This document shows positions 24,065 through 37,204 of a stretch of 64,000 nt of DNA, piece after piece; within the stretch, counting starts at the first letter, position 1, and each line of letters starts with the position of its first letter. The notes beneath the pieces were generated by a model, which did no database searches, had not been told where the DNA came from, and saw only the letters and a program-made list of their open reading frames with translations. Origin of the DNA: Okamejei kenojei (taxonomy: Eukaryota); the NCBI GenBank assembly GCA_035221665.1, contig CM069164.1:27590001-27654000 (forward strand). Direction: 5' to 3'. The position numbers were made by a program, and so were the translations under genes.

Positions 24065-24740
24065 AGGGGCTGTCCCACCTAATCTGTGAGTTTAGACGAG
24101 TTTGCCCTCAACTCAAACTCGCAGCATGGTTGATACGAGGTCCGAAGAGGTCACTGGAATGCTCAAGGGAAGTTCCCGAATACTCGTGGCCTCAGCTAGG
24201 TCGCAGAAAATTAACCAGTGTATTGAAATATTTTCCGCGAGTAAAATTTGGTCGGCATGGTTCTTTTTGACTCGTAATGCAGTGGAGCGGGGTCGCTATT
24301 AAGTTACAGGCAGTAGAGGGCAGCCGTAGGCAGTACCCTTCGCTGACCGAGCATTTGATTGGCTCATTGGAGTTTTCAGGACCAGGGAAAACCGACCGGT
24401 TGGTAAAATGCCCGCTAAACTTTATTATACTTGTTAAAAGTGTCTCCACTCCTTCTCCCCCCACCCCCTTCTCTCTCCCCCACCCCCCTCCGTGCTCTCT
24501 AAAGGACTTACCGTATACTGTGGCCCGCCGTTTACTTTCCTCTTCATCGTGGGTGTGAATTTCAGACAGCGCTCCCCCACTTTCCCTGGCCCCAGCCATT
24601 GCAACGTGTTTGTGTGTGTTTGTGTGTGTGGTCGGTCGGTCGATCCAGCTCGAGTTTTTCCAGGCGAGTGCCCTCGAGCTTGAAGGTTGAAGACACTCTT
24701 CTGAACTCGCGGATTAGGTCGCCACAGTGGGACAGCCCCT
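24065..24740. mobile_element. PIF/Harbinger non-autonomous element
   Basis: TIR aggggctgtcccac / gtgggacagcccct; TAA on both sides; subterminal sequence shared with the 17928 and 52003 elements. Confidence 0.88.
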
Positions 24741-24844
24741 TAAGTAAAATAATCCGCGGGAATAATTAAGCATTGTAACTCACTGTTCATCACAAATGGA
24801 AGCGGGTCCTTCAACCCACCGAGTCCACACTGACCATCGATCAG

Positions 24845-25020
24845 AGGAAGACACAAAATGCTGGAGTAACTCAGCGCGTGAGGCAGCGTCTATGGAGAGA
24901 AGGATTGGGTGCCGTTACGGGTTGACATTATTCTTCATACTGAAGAAGGGTCTCGACCTGAAACGTCACCCATTCCTTCTCTCCAGAGAAGTTGCCTGTC
25001 TCGCTGAGTTACTCCAGCAT
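24845..25020. mobile_element. PLE 3'-end foldback, interrupted at its right end
   Basis: Inverted and sense arms; the tail resumes as atctgccgttccttcccacac near 25812. Confidence 0.8.
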
Positions 25021-25810
25021 CCCAGAAGTGGCGGCGCTGCCTAAGCAGCTGCGTCTCGCCTGCAGTCCGTTTGTCCTTTTGTCTTTTTTTGTCTTGTTGG
25101 GGGTATGTTTTGGTTTATTTATAGTTGTGTATACCGGGGGGTGGGGGAAACTTTTTAAATCTCTTCCTTGAACGGGGACACAAGCTTTTCCTTGTCATGT
25201 CTCCGTTTCGCTGGGGCCTAACATCGTGGAGCTGGCGGCCTCCAACTGGAATCGATCCGATGGCTCCAGTCACAGAGCCTGCGGACTTACCATCGCGGAG
25301 CTGGCTGACTTCGGAGGCTGTGGTGGCGCTGTGGCTGCGACCCGGCTTCGGAGGCTTCAGCCACAGGCCCTGTGGCATTAACATCGGGAAGTAGCAGGTC
25401 CCTGGTAGGAGACTGATTTTCAGGCGCTCCTGCAATGGCAACTTCAGCCGCCCCGATTCGCGGCGTTTGAATCGGCCCGTCGCAGGGCCTGACATCGCCC
25501 GGCGCGGCTTAATCGGCCGCGGAACTTGCCATCGCCCGCCGGGGGCTTTAACATCCAGAGCCTCGATCACCTCGACGCAGCAGTTTGTCTGCCTGACCGC
25601 GGGAGAAGAAAAGGGAAGAGATAAGACTTTTGCCTTCCATCACAGTGAGGAGGTGTTTGGAGATTCACTGTGATGGATGTTTGTGTGAAACTGTGTTAAT
25701 TGTGTGTGTTTTTTTTTTTGTTGTTGCTTTTTTTCGCTGTATACACTGCAGTGAACAATATTTCGTTCAGACTTTTGTTTGTTTGACTATTGTCATTCTA
25801 TTAATTATTA
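25021..25810 (+). mobile_element. Unclassified GC/CpG-rich insertion
   Basis: Interrupts a PLE end; CpG-rich core with a repeated motif, 13-bp hairpin, T-rich 3' part; strand assignment tentative. Confidence 0.6.
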
Positions 25811-26567
25811 AATCTGCCGTTCCTTCCCACACATGTAATTAAAGCAAACTATTTCTACCAATTTAACAACCTCTAATTTTTTACTGGAGTTTCTATTACT
25901 TATATTAATAATGGCGATGACTTTTCTATAGACAGCGTGACAATGCAGGGTGAAGATTCAATCTAGTGAATAGGGATTCTTATCTTGTATCACAACTCAT
26001 GCAGGATTCTGAGCACAGTGACTGTAGCTGGCGCGCTGTTTCGCACATTGCTTTGGCTCGCTGTTCAATCTGATGAATACAGAGCATAATAAAGCAGCCT
26101 TTCAATTTCACATTCCTCTCTGTATCCATGTTTAAGACGCACTTCAGACCAGCAAAAAAAATATTCCCCGTGAAAGAAAGATTTCCCATTGATAAACCAA
26201 AACTTCTTTGTTCCCCCGAGCTTAATTTTGCAAGATCTGAGAATAGTTCCAGCGTTCTCTCTTCGTGGAAAAGAATGACAGGAAAGCAGCAATTTTCACC
26301 CTCGCCTCTTTGCAATCAATTCCTTGACTAGTGTAGCTGGGACATGTTGGCCGGTGTGGACAAGCTGGGCCGAAGGGCCTGTTTCCACAGTGTCACTCTG
26401 TGACGCCATGATTCTATTCACATCCAACTCTTTTCTAACTACACTTTTTACGTTATATTTTGACCGAGGTATAAAACTCATTTAGAAAACTTCATAGTGT
26501 TGAAGAGTAAAGAGAATAATGTCCGGTTATCTGTTCAGCCATAAAATTATACTTAAATTAACTTGGT

Positions 26568-27170
26568 TGGTGGCACAGTGGCACAGCTGTATAGCTGCTG
26601 CCTCACAGCGTCAGAGATGAGTTTAGTTGAATTTAGAGTTACAGTGTGGAAACAGGCCCTTCAATCCATTGGGCCCACTCCGACCAATGATCACCCGTAC
26701 ACTAGTTCCATCCTACACACTAGGGGCAAGTTCCCGAAGCCAATTCAAATCCGCACATTTTTGGAGTGTCGGAGGAAACCGGAGAAACTGGAGAAAGCCC
26801 ACGCGGTCACAGGGAGAACGTACAAACTCCACACAGACAGCACCCGAGGTCAGAATCGAACCCGGGTCTCTGGCCCTGTGAGGCAGCAACTCTACCGCTG
26901 CTCCACTGTGTCCTCTGCTAAAGGGGCCCTGTTTTCAATCCTGCCGACAGGTGCTGTCTGTGTGGAGTTTGTACGTTCTTCCTGTGACCGCGTGGGTTTT
27001 CTCAGGGTGCTCTAGTTTCCTCCCCCATCCCAAAGATGTGTTGGCTTTTAGGTTAATTGGCTTCTGTAAAGTATCCCTAGCGTGTAGGAGAAGATAGTGT
27101 GTACCAGTGATCGATGCTCGGAGCGGACTCAAGACTCTAGGCCGAAGGCTTGTTTCACTCTAAACCAAAT
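26568..27170. mobile_element. V-SINE (+) with an inverted V-SINE (about 26620-26912, -) nested in its head
   Basis: Head 26568-26615, body resumes at about 26930. Confidence 0.8.
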
Positions 27171-28954
27171 TGTAATCGGTAATAGTTTTATTTGCTCGGG
27201 AGTAGGTGTTAGGCTATTTCTACATCAGTAAATGAAAATCTAGTAAAAGCTTCTGATGCTGGTAATCTAAAATAAACAGATTCAGCTGGTCAGACAGCAG
27301 CTGTGGGAAAAGAACTCAGAATCTGAAACATTAATTGCTTTTCCTTCTGCAGATGCTGCCTTGCCCTCTGAGGGCTTTCAATAGTTTTTGTTGCCTTCAC
27401 TCCTTTTCAGAATGTCAGTATGGAAACTATGGCTGTCGTTGTGTCTTTAAAAAAACACCTCTGCTGACTACTCTTGATGCATCTTTGTAGAAGAACCACT
27501 CGGGCAGCTTATGAAGACCAGAAGAAAAGAATAAATAGCTGAAGAATTAGGCCCCAGATAGACACAAAATGCTGGAGTAACTCAGCGGGACAGGCCATCG
27601 AGTCTACTTCGCCATTCGATCATGGCTGATCTATCCTTCCCTCTCAACCCCATTCTCTTGCCTTCTCCCCATAACCCTTGACACCAATGAATTCCACAGA
27701 TTCACCACCCAAGAGAAACAAACTATGAATCAAAAGATGGTTGTTTAGTTTAGTTTATTAGTGTAGAGCTACAGGGCGGAAACAAGCTGTTTGATCCCCG
27801 CACACCAGCGATCCCCGCACACTAGGGAAATTTACATTTAATTGTCACTGTATGTCATGTTATTACTTGTGGGCGGAGCACCAAGACAAATTCCTTGTAT
27901 GTGAATACTTGGCCAATAAACTTACTCACTTACTTAATACCATTTATATTTATACATTTACTTTCTTCCTCCCCCCCCCCCCCCCCACCCTCACATCAGT
28001 CTAAAGAAGGGTTTCGACCCGAAACATTGCCTATTTCCTTCGCTCCATAGATGCTGCATTAATAAACAATCTTTGCTAACTTACATTTATACCGAGCCAA
28101 TTAACCTACAAACCTGTACGTCTTTGGAGTGCGGGAGGAAACCCACACAGGTCATGGGGAGGATGTACAAACTCCACACAGACAGAGCCCGCAGTCGGGA
28201 TCGAACCCGGGACCCAAGGCAGCAACTCTACCGCTGCACCGCTGCCCAGTTGTATTGCAATACAACCTTCCATTATGGTGGAAAAAGTTTAATTGTGATG
28301 AAATCCAGCACTGAGAACCGTTTCTTCCCCATCTAAATCCTCCTGGGTTCACATTTAGTCACTGATTAAATAACTACCCCATTAGGTTTGCGGAGGTCAG
28401 TAGTTATTAAAACAACTATATTAGTATAACAATAGTGTGATTTTAATTGGGCAGGCTAATTTGACAATGTCAAAATAAAATTGCAAGGATTAAACTAACT
28501 CTAAGCTCATTGTTTTATTTTATAATGTTAGTAACTGCATCCCAGCATTAATCTAAAAACGTCTCCATATATGAACTTTGCCTTGACATTCTCTTTTGAA
28601 GGTAAACTCAAACATTGGCACTTCTATTTCAACTGTTTCCAATCTAATAGGCCAATTTAACATGAAAAATAAACATTCCACTTTGTTATGTCCACTTTGG
28701 GCAGAAAGAACCAGGCGCCTTATTTTTCGAGACATTTATCTTCTATTGGTTGCACAATTAACTTTGATTTGCTCACACTGAATTGAAACACTTAGTCATT
28801 AACCAACAGGATACAGTGTGGATTCTCCCTTGAGGCGTATGGCATTTCTCTGAAGTGTTTCCAAATGCTGCTCCGGAGGTAGCCCTTGGTGAAAAAAAAA
28901 ACCCTTGGTCGTCAGACAGGTGGAAACATTTAATTGTGACATTCCTCCACAGTG

Positions 28955-29410
28955 AAGTTGCAGAGAATTGTGGACACAGCTCAGACCATCGCACAAACCT
29001 ACCTCCCTTCCATTGACTCCATCTCGCTGCCTCGGCAAGGCCAGCAGCATAGTCAAGGACATGTCCCACCCTGGCCACTCCCTCTTCACCCCTCTCCCAT
29101 CGGGCAAAAGATACAGAAGTGTGAAAACGCACACCTCCAGATTCAGGGACAGTTTCTTCCCAGCTGTTATCAGGTAACTGAACCATCCTACCACAGAGAG
29201 CAGAGCTGAACTACTATCTACCTCATTGGAGACCCTCTGACTATCTTTGATTGGAGTTTTACGGGCTTTATCTTGCACTAAACGTTATTGCCTTATCGTG
29301 TATCTGTACACTGTAAATGACACGATTGTAATCCGTGTAATCAGCTCGCAACAAAAGCTTTTTTTTCACTGTACCTCAGAATGCGTGACAATACACTAAA
29401 CTCAACTAAA
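28955..29410 (+). mobile_element. Rex1/Babar LINE 3' end
   Basis: KLQRIVDTAQTI..; RCLGKASSIVKDMSHPGHSLFTPLPSGKRYRSVKTHTSRFRDSFFPAVIR; UTR and ctaaa-type tail. Confidence 0.92.
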
Positions 29411-29649
29411 GTTGAGGAAGGGATTATCCCAACGATGGCAAATTGGGCATCCAAGGAAAGCTGGAAAATGTCTCAACATTTTGTGGGATGAAACCTTCAA
29501 CAATAGGTTGTGAACCATTTTAGTCATGGTGCTAATTATGACGTATAAGGATTTAAAATGCAGTTAGAAATAGTAAGTCAACTCCAAGCATAAAATAGAA
29601 ATACATTTTCAGAATGTTCATTGGAGGTAGACTAAAAATCTACAGAAAA

Positions 29650-29812
29650 TAGAAGATGGACGCAAAAAACCGGAATAACTCAGCGGGTCAGACATTTCAA
29701 CCCGAAACGTCATCTATTCCTTTTCTCCAGAGATCCTGTTTGACCCGCTGAATTGATCCAGCTTTTTATATCTATCTTCTGTTTAAACCGGCATCAGCAG
29801 TTCCTTCCTACA
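29650..29812. mobile_element. PLE 3'-end foldback
   Basis: Short inverted arm, long sense arm. Confidence 0.8.
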
Positions 29813-30289
29813 TAGGGTAGAATGTATGACTTCAAGTAGAAAATGTATCACGATTAGATACTTGGGCTTCCAAGTCTCAACATAGTTTCATTTATCCATT
29901 CATTTATTCATTCTCGCAGAGAAAGATTTGCCACAAGTTTATTAAACAAAGTGAGAACGAGTGGTCATGAGAGGAATAGATTGGGGAATAGATCGGGTAA
30001 ACGCACAGAGTCTTTTGCCCAGAGTAGGGGAATCGAGAACCAGTGGACAAATGAGTGGGGAAAGATTTAATTGGAACCTCAGGGGTAACCTTTTTTACAC
30101 AATGGGTGGTGGTTGTATGGAACAAGCTGCCAGAGGAGGTAGTTGAGAGAGTACATATTAGTTCAGATCTAAGCCATTGCTCTCAATTCTCTCCAGAGAC
30201 ATTACCTGACCTGCACATTCTGATTTTATTCAATTTTTCTACCATCTGCAGCAGTTTGTTTTTTTTTGCAAAATGCCAAATTGGGTGCT

Positions 30290-30820
30290 CCAGACCTTAT
30301 TTGGAGTATTGTGAGCAATTATGCGCCCCGTATCAGAGGAAGGATGTTCTGGGGTTGGAGAGGGTCCAGAGGAGGGTTAAGAGAATGATCCCAGGAATGA
30401 GTGGGTTAACATATGATGAGCGTTTGGCAGCACTGGGCCTGAACCCGCTGGAGTTTAGAAGGGGGGGGTGGAGGGACCTCATTGAAATATACGGAATAGT
30501 GAAAGGCCTGGATAGTGGATGTGGAGAGGATGTTTCCACTAGTGGGAGAGTCGAGGACCAAAGGGCACAGCTCCAGAATAAAAGAACGTACATATAAAAA
30601 GCGGATAAGGAGGAAGTTCCTTAGCCAGAGGGTGGTGAATCTGTGGAATTCATTGCCACAAGTGGCGGTGGAAACAAAGTCATTGGGTATTTTTAAAGCA
30701 GGTTTTTAATCAGTAAGGGTGTGAAAGATTGCAGGGTCAAGAGGGGAAGGTAGATCAGCTGTGATTGAATGGCCTGATGGACCAAATGTCCTAATTCTGC
30801 TCCTGTGACTTACGAACTTA
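30290..30820 (+). mobile_element. CR1 3' fragment
   Basis: RPYLEYCEQLCAPYQRKDVLGLERVQRR..; QRVVNLWNSLPQ. Confidence 0.9.
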
Positions 30821-31364
30821 TGAAAGAGAATAGCATCGTGAATTACAAAAGCATTATATCCAGAATCTATATTCATTTTGCCTTTCTCCGTACAACAATT
30901 TGCATCAGTGTGCATTTTAAGCCACCCAGGAGCACATTAAATGCATCAGAAAACAGTGCCAGGTGACCAAGAAACACCCACTTTGAACTATAATATGCTC
31001 TGTTGCTATGGTAACATTCATACCTCAGTATTCAATGATGGGTTCCAATATTCCAAGACATGTTTGCATAGAAACAGGATGGATATTGCATTGCTTAATT
31101 CCAGGATGGGGTAATGTGTTTATATATATTCATTAAATTCTGCGCATTCATTGATTATGTATGTGAAGAGACATGTCTAAAGATTGACAGGATTCTTTCC
31201 CTGAAACTATTTCAAAGAAGGAAAGTGCTTATTGACATGTTTGGGAACCTCATTGTTTGCTCTCTTCCGCTTTTTCGTGATCATTCATCGCGTCGGGCTG
31301 TGTTACGGAAACTTAATAGACAACTTTTAACAACAGCTGGATGGACGGTCATAACGCAATAAAT

Positions 31365-32108
31365 GATAGAAGCAGAATTAGGCCATTCGGCCCATTTAGT
31401 CAACTCTGCCATTCAATCATGGCTGTTCTATCTCTTCCTCCTAACCCCATTCTCCTGCCTTCTCCCCATAAATCTTGACAACTGTACTAATCAAGAATCT
31501 ATCTATCCCCACCTTAAAAATATCCATTGACTTGGCCTCCACAGCCCTCTGTGGCAATGAATTCCATAGATTCACCACCCATTTCTTTCATCAGGAGGTG
31601 GTGAATGTGTGGAATTCATTGCCACAGACATCTGTGGAGGCCAATCATTGGGCATTTTTAAAGTACAGATTCACAGGTTCTTGATTAGTAAAGATATTGA
31701 AGGTTGTGGAGAGAATGGGCTTGAGAGGGAGAGATAGATCAGCCATGATATAATGGTGGAGTAGACCTGAGGAGGTGAATGGCCAAATTCTGCTCCAATG
31801 ACATTAACAATGATGACCTAGAGTTATAGTCATATAGCATGGAAACAGGCCCTTCAGCCCAACATGCCCAGGCAAGCCAACACATCCCAAATATATTAGT
31901 CCAACCTGCCTGCGTTTAGCCCATATCTCTCTGAACATGTCCAATCCTTGAACCTGTCTAACTGTTTCTTGAATGTTGAGACAGTCCCTGCCTCAATTAC
32001 CTCCTCCGGCAGCTCGTTCCTTACACCCACCACCCTTTGTGTGAAAGAGTTACCCCTCAGATACCTATGAAATCTTTTCCACTTCACCTTTAACCTATGT
32101 CCTCTGGT
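31365..32108. mobile_element. Cluster of CR1 3' fragments (31365-31580 -, 31581-31810 +, 31820-32108 -)
   Basis: CR1 3' UTR and C-terminal motifs in both orientations. Confidence 0.8.
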
Positions 32109-32859
32109 GAACACAAGTCTGGAGAATGGTCAGTAGTGATGTGGGTCCATTTTGTCTTCGCAGTTGCAAAATGTGGGCTGCTGCACTGAATCATGTACAG
32201 AACAATTTTCCCTGGGTTGCTTTAGCAATGCAACGCACTTTTATGAGGCAAGATGGCGAATTGAACAGCAAGATAAGTTTAACCAGCTGTCAACACACTT
32301 TTGCAAATGGTTTGAAATGCAAACTAGGATGCCTGAAAGATTGTCAATTGGCAATTAAATTGCCAGCTTAAGTTTATTAAGCAGCCTGTATATCATTTCA
32401 TTGACTGGCACTTCAATGTTAGTGGGTGTGAATCTGTGGAATTCTCTGCCACAGAAAGCAGTGGAGACAAATTCACCAGATGATTTCAAGAGAGAGTTAG
32501 ATTTAGCTCTTAGGGCTAACGGAATCAAGGGATATGAGGAAAAAGCAGGAACGGGGTACTGATTTTGGATGATCAGCCATGATCATATCGAATGGCGGTG
32601 CTGGCTCAAAGGACCATATGGCCTACTCCTGCACCTATTTTCTATGTTTCTGTGTTTCTATTACCAACATTCCTGAACAGCAACAGGAGGAAGCAAAGTT
32701 ATTGCTGAGAATTGAGAAAAGTACTTAACCTTGCCTTCAGTTCTTACTGTGATAGTTTGAAGAGGACTTCTGAGACACTTTGGGAAACCACCTAAGGGAT
32801 TTTATCAATACCATAAGCATTCTACCATTGTTTATCCAAGAACCAACACTAACATGAAC

Positions 32860-33310
32860 CACACAAACCAACCTCCTTTCCATTGACTCCACCTACACCT
32901 CACGCTGCCTCGGCAAGGCCAGCAGCATCATCAAGGACCAGTCTCACCCCCGGTCACTCCCTCTTCTCCCCTCTCCCATCAGGCAAGAGGTACAGAAGTA
33001 TGAAAAGAGGTACAGAAGTACGCACACCTCCAGATTCAGGGACAGTTTCTTCCCAGCTGTTATCAGGAAACTGAACCATCCTATCAACAAGTAAAGAGCG
33101 GTCCTGAGCTACTATTTACCTCATTGGAGACCCTCAGACTACCTTCAAACGGACTTTACCTTGCACTAAGCGTTATTCACTTTATCCTGTATCCGTACAC
33201 TGTGGACAGCTCGATTGTAAGCGTGTATTGTCTTCCCGCTGACTGGATAGCACGCAGCAAACCTTTTCACTGTACCTCAGTAATGTGACAATCAACTAAC
33301 TAAACTAATG
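32860..33310 (+). mobile_element. Rex1/Babar LINE 3' end
   Basis: PGHSLFSPLPSGKRYRS motif plus UTR; small internal duplication aagaggtacagaagta. Confidence 0.9.
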
Positions 33311-33469
33311 GTTTAATTGTTCAATGGTGCATTTATTGTCACGTGTGTGAAAACAAAGTGAAATGATTGTGCTTACATACAGTCCGCCCAGTATTCGCAG
33401 ACCCAAGCACATCCTTGATTAATAAATGTACAGAAATAGTCTAGTTTAGTTTAGAGATACAGCGTGGGA

Positions 33470-33619
33470 TATGTCGCCTGTTTGGTCATGAGTAGTCGCC
33501 CAAAGAGTTGTATCTTTTTCTGGTCGCCGCTGGATTTTGACAATTTTCGGCCACCTGCTGCGACTATAACGGGTGCCGGCAAATCGCAGAAAAAAAATGC
33601 GTAAGTGGGACAGGCCCTT
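33470..33619. mobile_element. PIF/Harbinger-like MITE, right end only
   Basis: aagtgggacaggccctt followed by TA; left TIR absent. Confidence 0.65.
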
Positions 33620-34356
33620 TACAGTGACCCCCTGGAGGTGCTGAGCAGCGGTCTGCCTCAGTGAATACACTTCATTAAAACTTTCAGCATCTGAGAGAAA
33701 CTTTGTGCAGTTTTAAGCATTACAACAAGATGTTCGACTGTTAAATTATGCTTATTGCCTCATAAAATATTCTGCTTCTGTTGTCTATATGATTATGTTA
33801 AATGACCAAGCACTCCACTGATCTCCCCACGATCACTAGTACTCTGACAGTTTGCAAGGAAACATCCTGCTGGGACTTAGTAGCTACAACGATACAGTCC
33901 AGGCATCTTCTAAAGGTGTACACAAGGATAATTCATATTTGCTTTTGATTTTTGGTGAATGGCTCCTAGCTAACTGCTTCTTTTCTGCTTATTAAATTCA
34001 TACAGCTGAGGTATTTAGAATTGAATACAATGGCAAAATTAATATGCAATAATCTTCATTGCATTTTAAATTCATATAATCTCAAAATTGTACATTGTAG
34101 GGCAAGGTTATTCAGCCTGAGTTATTGAGTCTGAAGAAGGGTCTCAACTTGAAACATCATCTATTCCTTCTCTCCAGAGATGCTGCCCGTCCTGCTGGGT
34201 TACTCCAGCTTTTGGTGTCCATCTGCGGTTTAAACCAATATCTGCAGTTCCTTCCTACACATTTTGTCTGTTCCACTGCGAAATCTCCTCAAGGTATGCC
34301 TACATTTAAGACGTTCTCCTCTCCCCAACAGTCTGAAAGAAGAGTCTTGACCTGAA

Positions 34357-36080
34357 GGGCCTGATGGTCTGCATCCCAGGGTACTTAAGGAGGTGGCTCT
34401 AGAAATCATGGGCGTGATTCATTGGTGATCATTTTCTAATGTTCCATAGATTCAGGATCAGTTTCTGTGGATTGGAGGGGAGCTAATGTTTTCCCACTTT
34501 TTAAGAAAGGCGGGAGAGAGAGAAAACAGGGAATTATAGACCAGTTAGCCTGACATCGGTGGTGGGGAAGATGCTGGAGTTAATTATAAAGATGAAATAG
34601 CGGCAAATTTGGATAGTAGTAACAGGATCGGTCCGAGTCAGCATGGATTTACGAAGGGGAAATCATGCTTGACTAATCTTCTGGAAATTTTTGAGGAGCT
34701 AACTAGGAAAATGGACAAGGGAGAGCCAGTGGATGTAGTGTGCCTGGACTTTCAGAAAGCATTTGATAAGGTCCCACATTGGAAATTAGTGGGCAAAATT
34801 AGAGCACATGGTATTGGGGGTAGAGTGCTGACATGGATAGAAAATTGGTTGGCAGACAGGAAACAAAGAGTAGGGATTAACGGGTCCCTTTCAGAACAGC
34901 AGGCAGTGACTAGTGGGGTACCGCAAGGCTCGGTGCTGGGACCGCAGCTATTTACAATATACATTAATGATTTAGATGAAGGAATTAAAAGTAACATTAG
35001 CACATTTGCAGATGACACAAAGCTGGGTGGCAGTGTCAACTGTGAGGAGGATGCTATGGGGATGCAGGCTGACTTGGACAGGTTGGGTGAGTGGGTAGAT
35101 GCATGGCAGATGCAGTTTAATGTGGATAAATATGAGGTTATCCACTTTGGTGGCAAGAACAGGAAGGTGGATTATTATCTGAATAGTGTCAAGTTAGGAA
35201 AAGGGGAAGTACAACGAGATCTGGGGGGTCCTTGTTCATCAGTCACTGAAAGTAAGCATGCTGGTACAGGAGGCAGTGAAGAAAGCTAATGGCATGTTGG
35301 CCTTCATAACAAGAGGAGTTGAGTATAGGAGCAAAGAGGTCCTTCTGCAGTTGTACCGTGCCCTGGTGAGACCACACCTGGAGTATTGTATGCCGTTTTG
35401 GTCTCCAAATTTGAGGAAGGACATTCTTACTATTGCGGGAGTGCAGCGTAAGTTCACGAGGTTAATTCCCCAGATGGCGGGACTGTTATATGTTGAAAGA
35501 ATGGAGTGACTGGGCTTGTATACATTGGAATTTAGAAGGATGAAATGGGGATCTTATTGAAACATATAAGATTATTAAGGGATTGGACACAGCACTAATT
35601 CCAATGTGGGACCTTATCAAATGCTTTCTGAAAGTCCAGGTATACTATATCCACTGGCTCTCCCTTGTCCATTTTCCTAGTTAGCTCCTCAAAAATTTCC
35701 AGAAGATTAGTCAAGCATGATTTCCCCTTCGTAAATCCATGCTGACTCGAGGCCAGAAACATGTCCCGATGTTGGGGGAGTCCAGAACCAGGTGCCACAG
35801 TTTAAGAATAAGGGGTAGGCCATTACGGAGATGAGAAAAAAACGCTTTCACCCCGAGAGTTGTGAATCTGTGGAATTCTCTGGCTCAGAAGGCAGTTAAG
35901 GCCGATTCTCTGGATGCTTTCAAGAGAGAGTTAGATAGAGCTCTTAAAGATAGAGGAGTCAAGGGATATCGGGAGAAGGCAGGAACGGGGCACTGATTGT
36001 GGATGATCAGCCATGATCACAGTGAATGATAGTGCTGGCTCAAAGGGCCGAATGGCCTACTCCTTTTCCTATTGTCTATT
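34357..36080 (+). mobile_element. CR1 (HER1-like) LINE, 5'-truncated, with RT domain
   Basis: GPDGLHPRVLKEVA, NYRPVSLTS, QHGFTKGKSCLTNL, LDFQKAFDKV, GVPQGSVLGP, FADDTKL; frameshifts and stops; (tctattg)n tail; inserted in a PLE end. Confidence 0.97.
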
Positions 36081-36199
36081 GGCCCGAAATGTCATCTATT
36101 CCTTTTCTTCAGAGATGCTGCCTGACCCGCTGAGTTAATCCAGCATTTTGTGTCCATCTTCGTTATTCAGCCCGAAAGTCGCAAAGCCGCTGAAGATGG

Positions 36200-36760
36200 A
36201 CTTTGGTTGGTCTTACAGCCTCAACACACTCCTCTGCCACACATTCAGGCAGGAAACTCCAGACTGGTAGTACTTATCCATGTACTGTTTCTCTCATCCT
36301 CCCATCTTCCAAAAGGCAGCCAGCTTCATCAGAAACCCACACCACCCTGGCCACACACTCATTTCACCCCTACCATCGGGAAGAAGGTACAGGAGCCTGA
36401 CAACTAACAGAAGGTAGACACAAAAAGCTGTAGTAACTCAGCAGGACAGGCGCATCTCTGGAGAGAAGGAAGGAAAACTAACAATCAGGTTCAGGAACAG
36501 TTTCTTCCCTACAGCCGTCAGGCTATTAAACACTACAACCTCCATTAAGCTCTGAACTACATCGACTTGGGGGCATTGGTTTTGTCTTTCTACACTATTA
36601 TTGTTTATTTTTTATGGATATATAAACACACTGAACTTTTTTTCCTCGGTTATTATATTATTTACAGTGTACGATGTTCACATATTCCGCTGTGTCGCTG
36701 CAAGTAAGAATTTAATCGTTCTATCTGGGACAGATGACAATAAAATACTCTTGACTCTTG
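36200..36760 (+). mobile_element. Rex1/Babar 3' end with a nested PLE piece (about 36410-36475)
   Basis: HHPGHTLISPLPSGRRYRSL..RFRNSFFPTAVRLL; tail actcttgactcttga. Confidence 0.85.
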
Positions 36761-37204
36761 AATCATCGACAATGCATCTGTATAATTTTATCGGGTGAAT
36801 TTTGATATGGCAGAGCACATTCGGTAAACAGAGAAAGGGTTTACCGAAACTGAGGAAGGGTTTCGGCCACAAACGTTGCCTATTTCCTTCGCTCCATAGA
36901 TGCTGCTGCACCCGCTGAGTTTCTCCAGCATTTTTGTGTACCTTCGGTAAACAGATATGCGAATGCTGAAGAAACTCATAGCAGCATCTATGGAGCGAAG
37001 GAAATAGGCAATGTTTCGGGCCGAAACCCTTCTTCAGAGAATTGTTCTGTACAAATGCCCTACTATTGTACAGCTTCTGCAATGCCATCTCTTGCAGGGA
37101 GATACAAGTTACCCCAACAAGTATCAAACAGCTGGGATGTTAACAATGACTTTATGGAGCTGAAAACCACAAAGCTGACAAGAAGGGACAGTTTTTTAAT
37201 TGAT

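Noticed and set aside
25210-25560. CRISPR-like repeat array
   Set aside because: Repeats are degenerate and irregularly spaced, the context is eukaryotic, and there are no cas genes.
25115-25673. Overlapping 68-151-aa ORFs in the GC-rich insertion
   Set aside because: Expected from high GC content; no domain recognised.
34609-35289. Functional reverse transcriptase gene
   Set aside because: 5'-truncated CR1 with frameshifts, a premature stop and an internal inverted insert.
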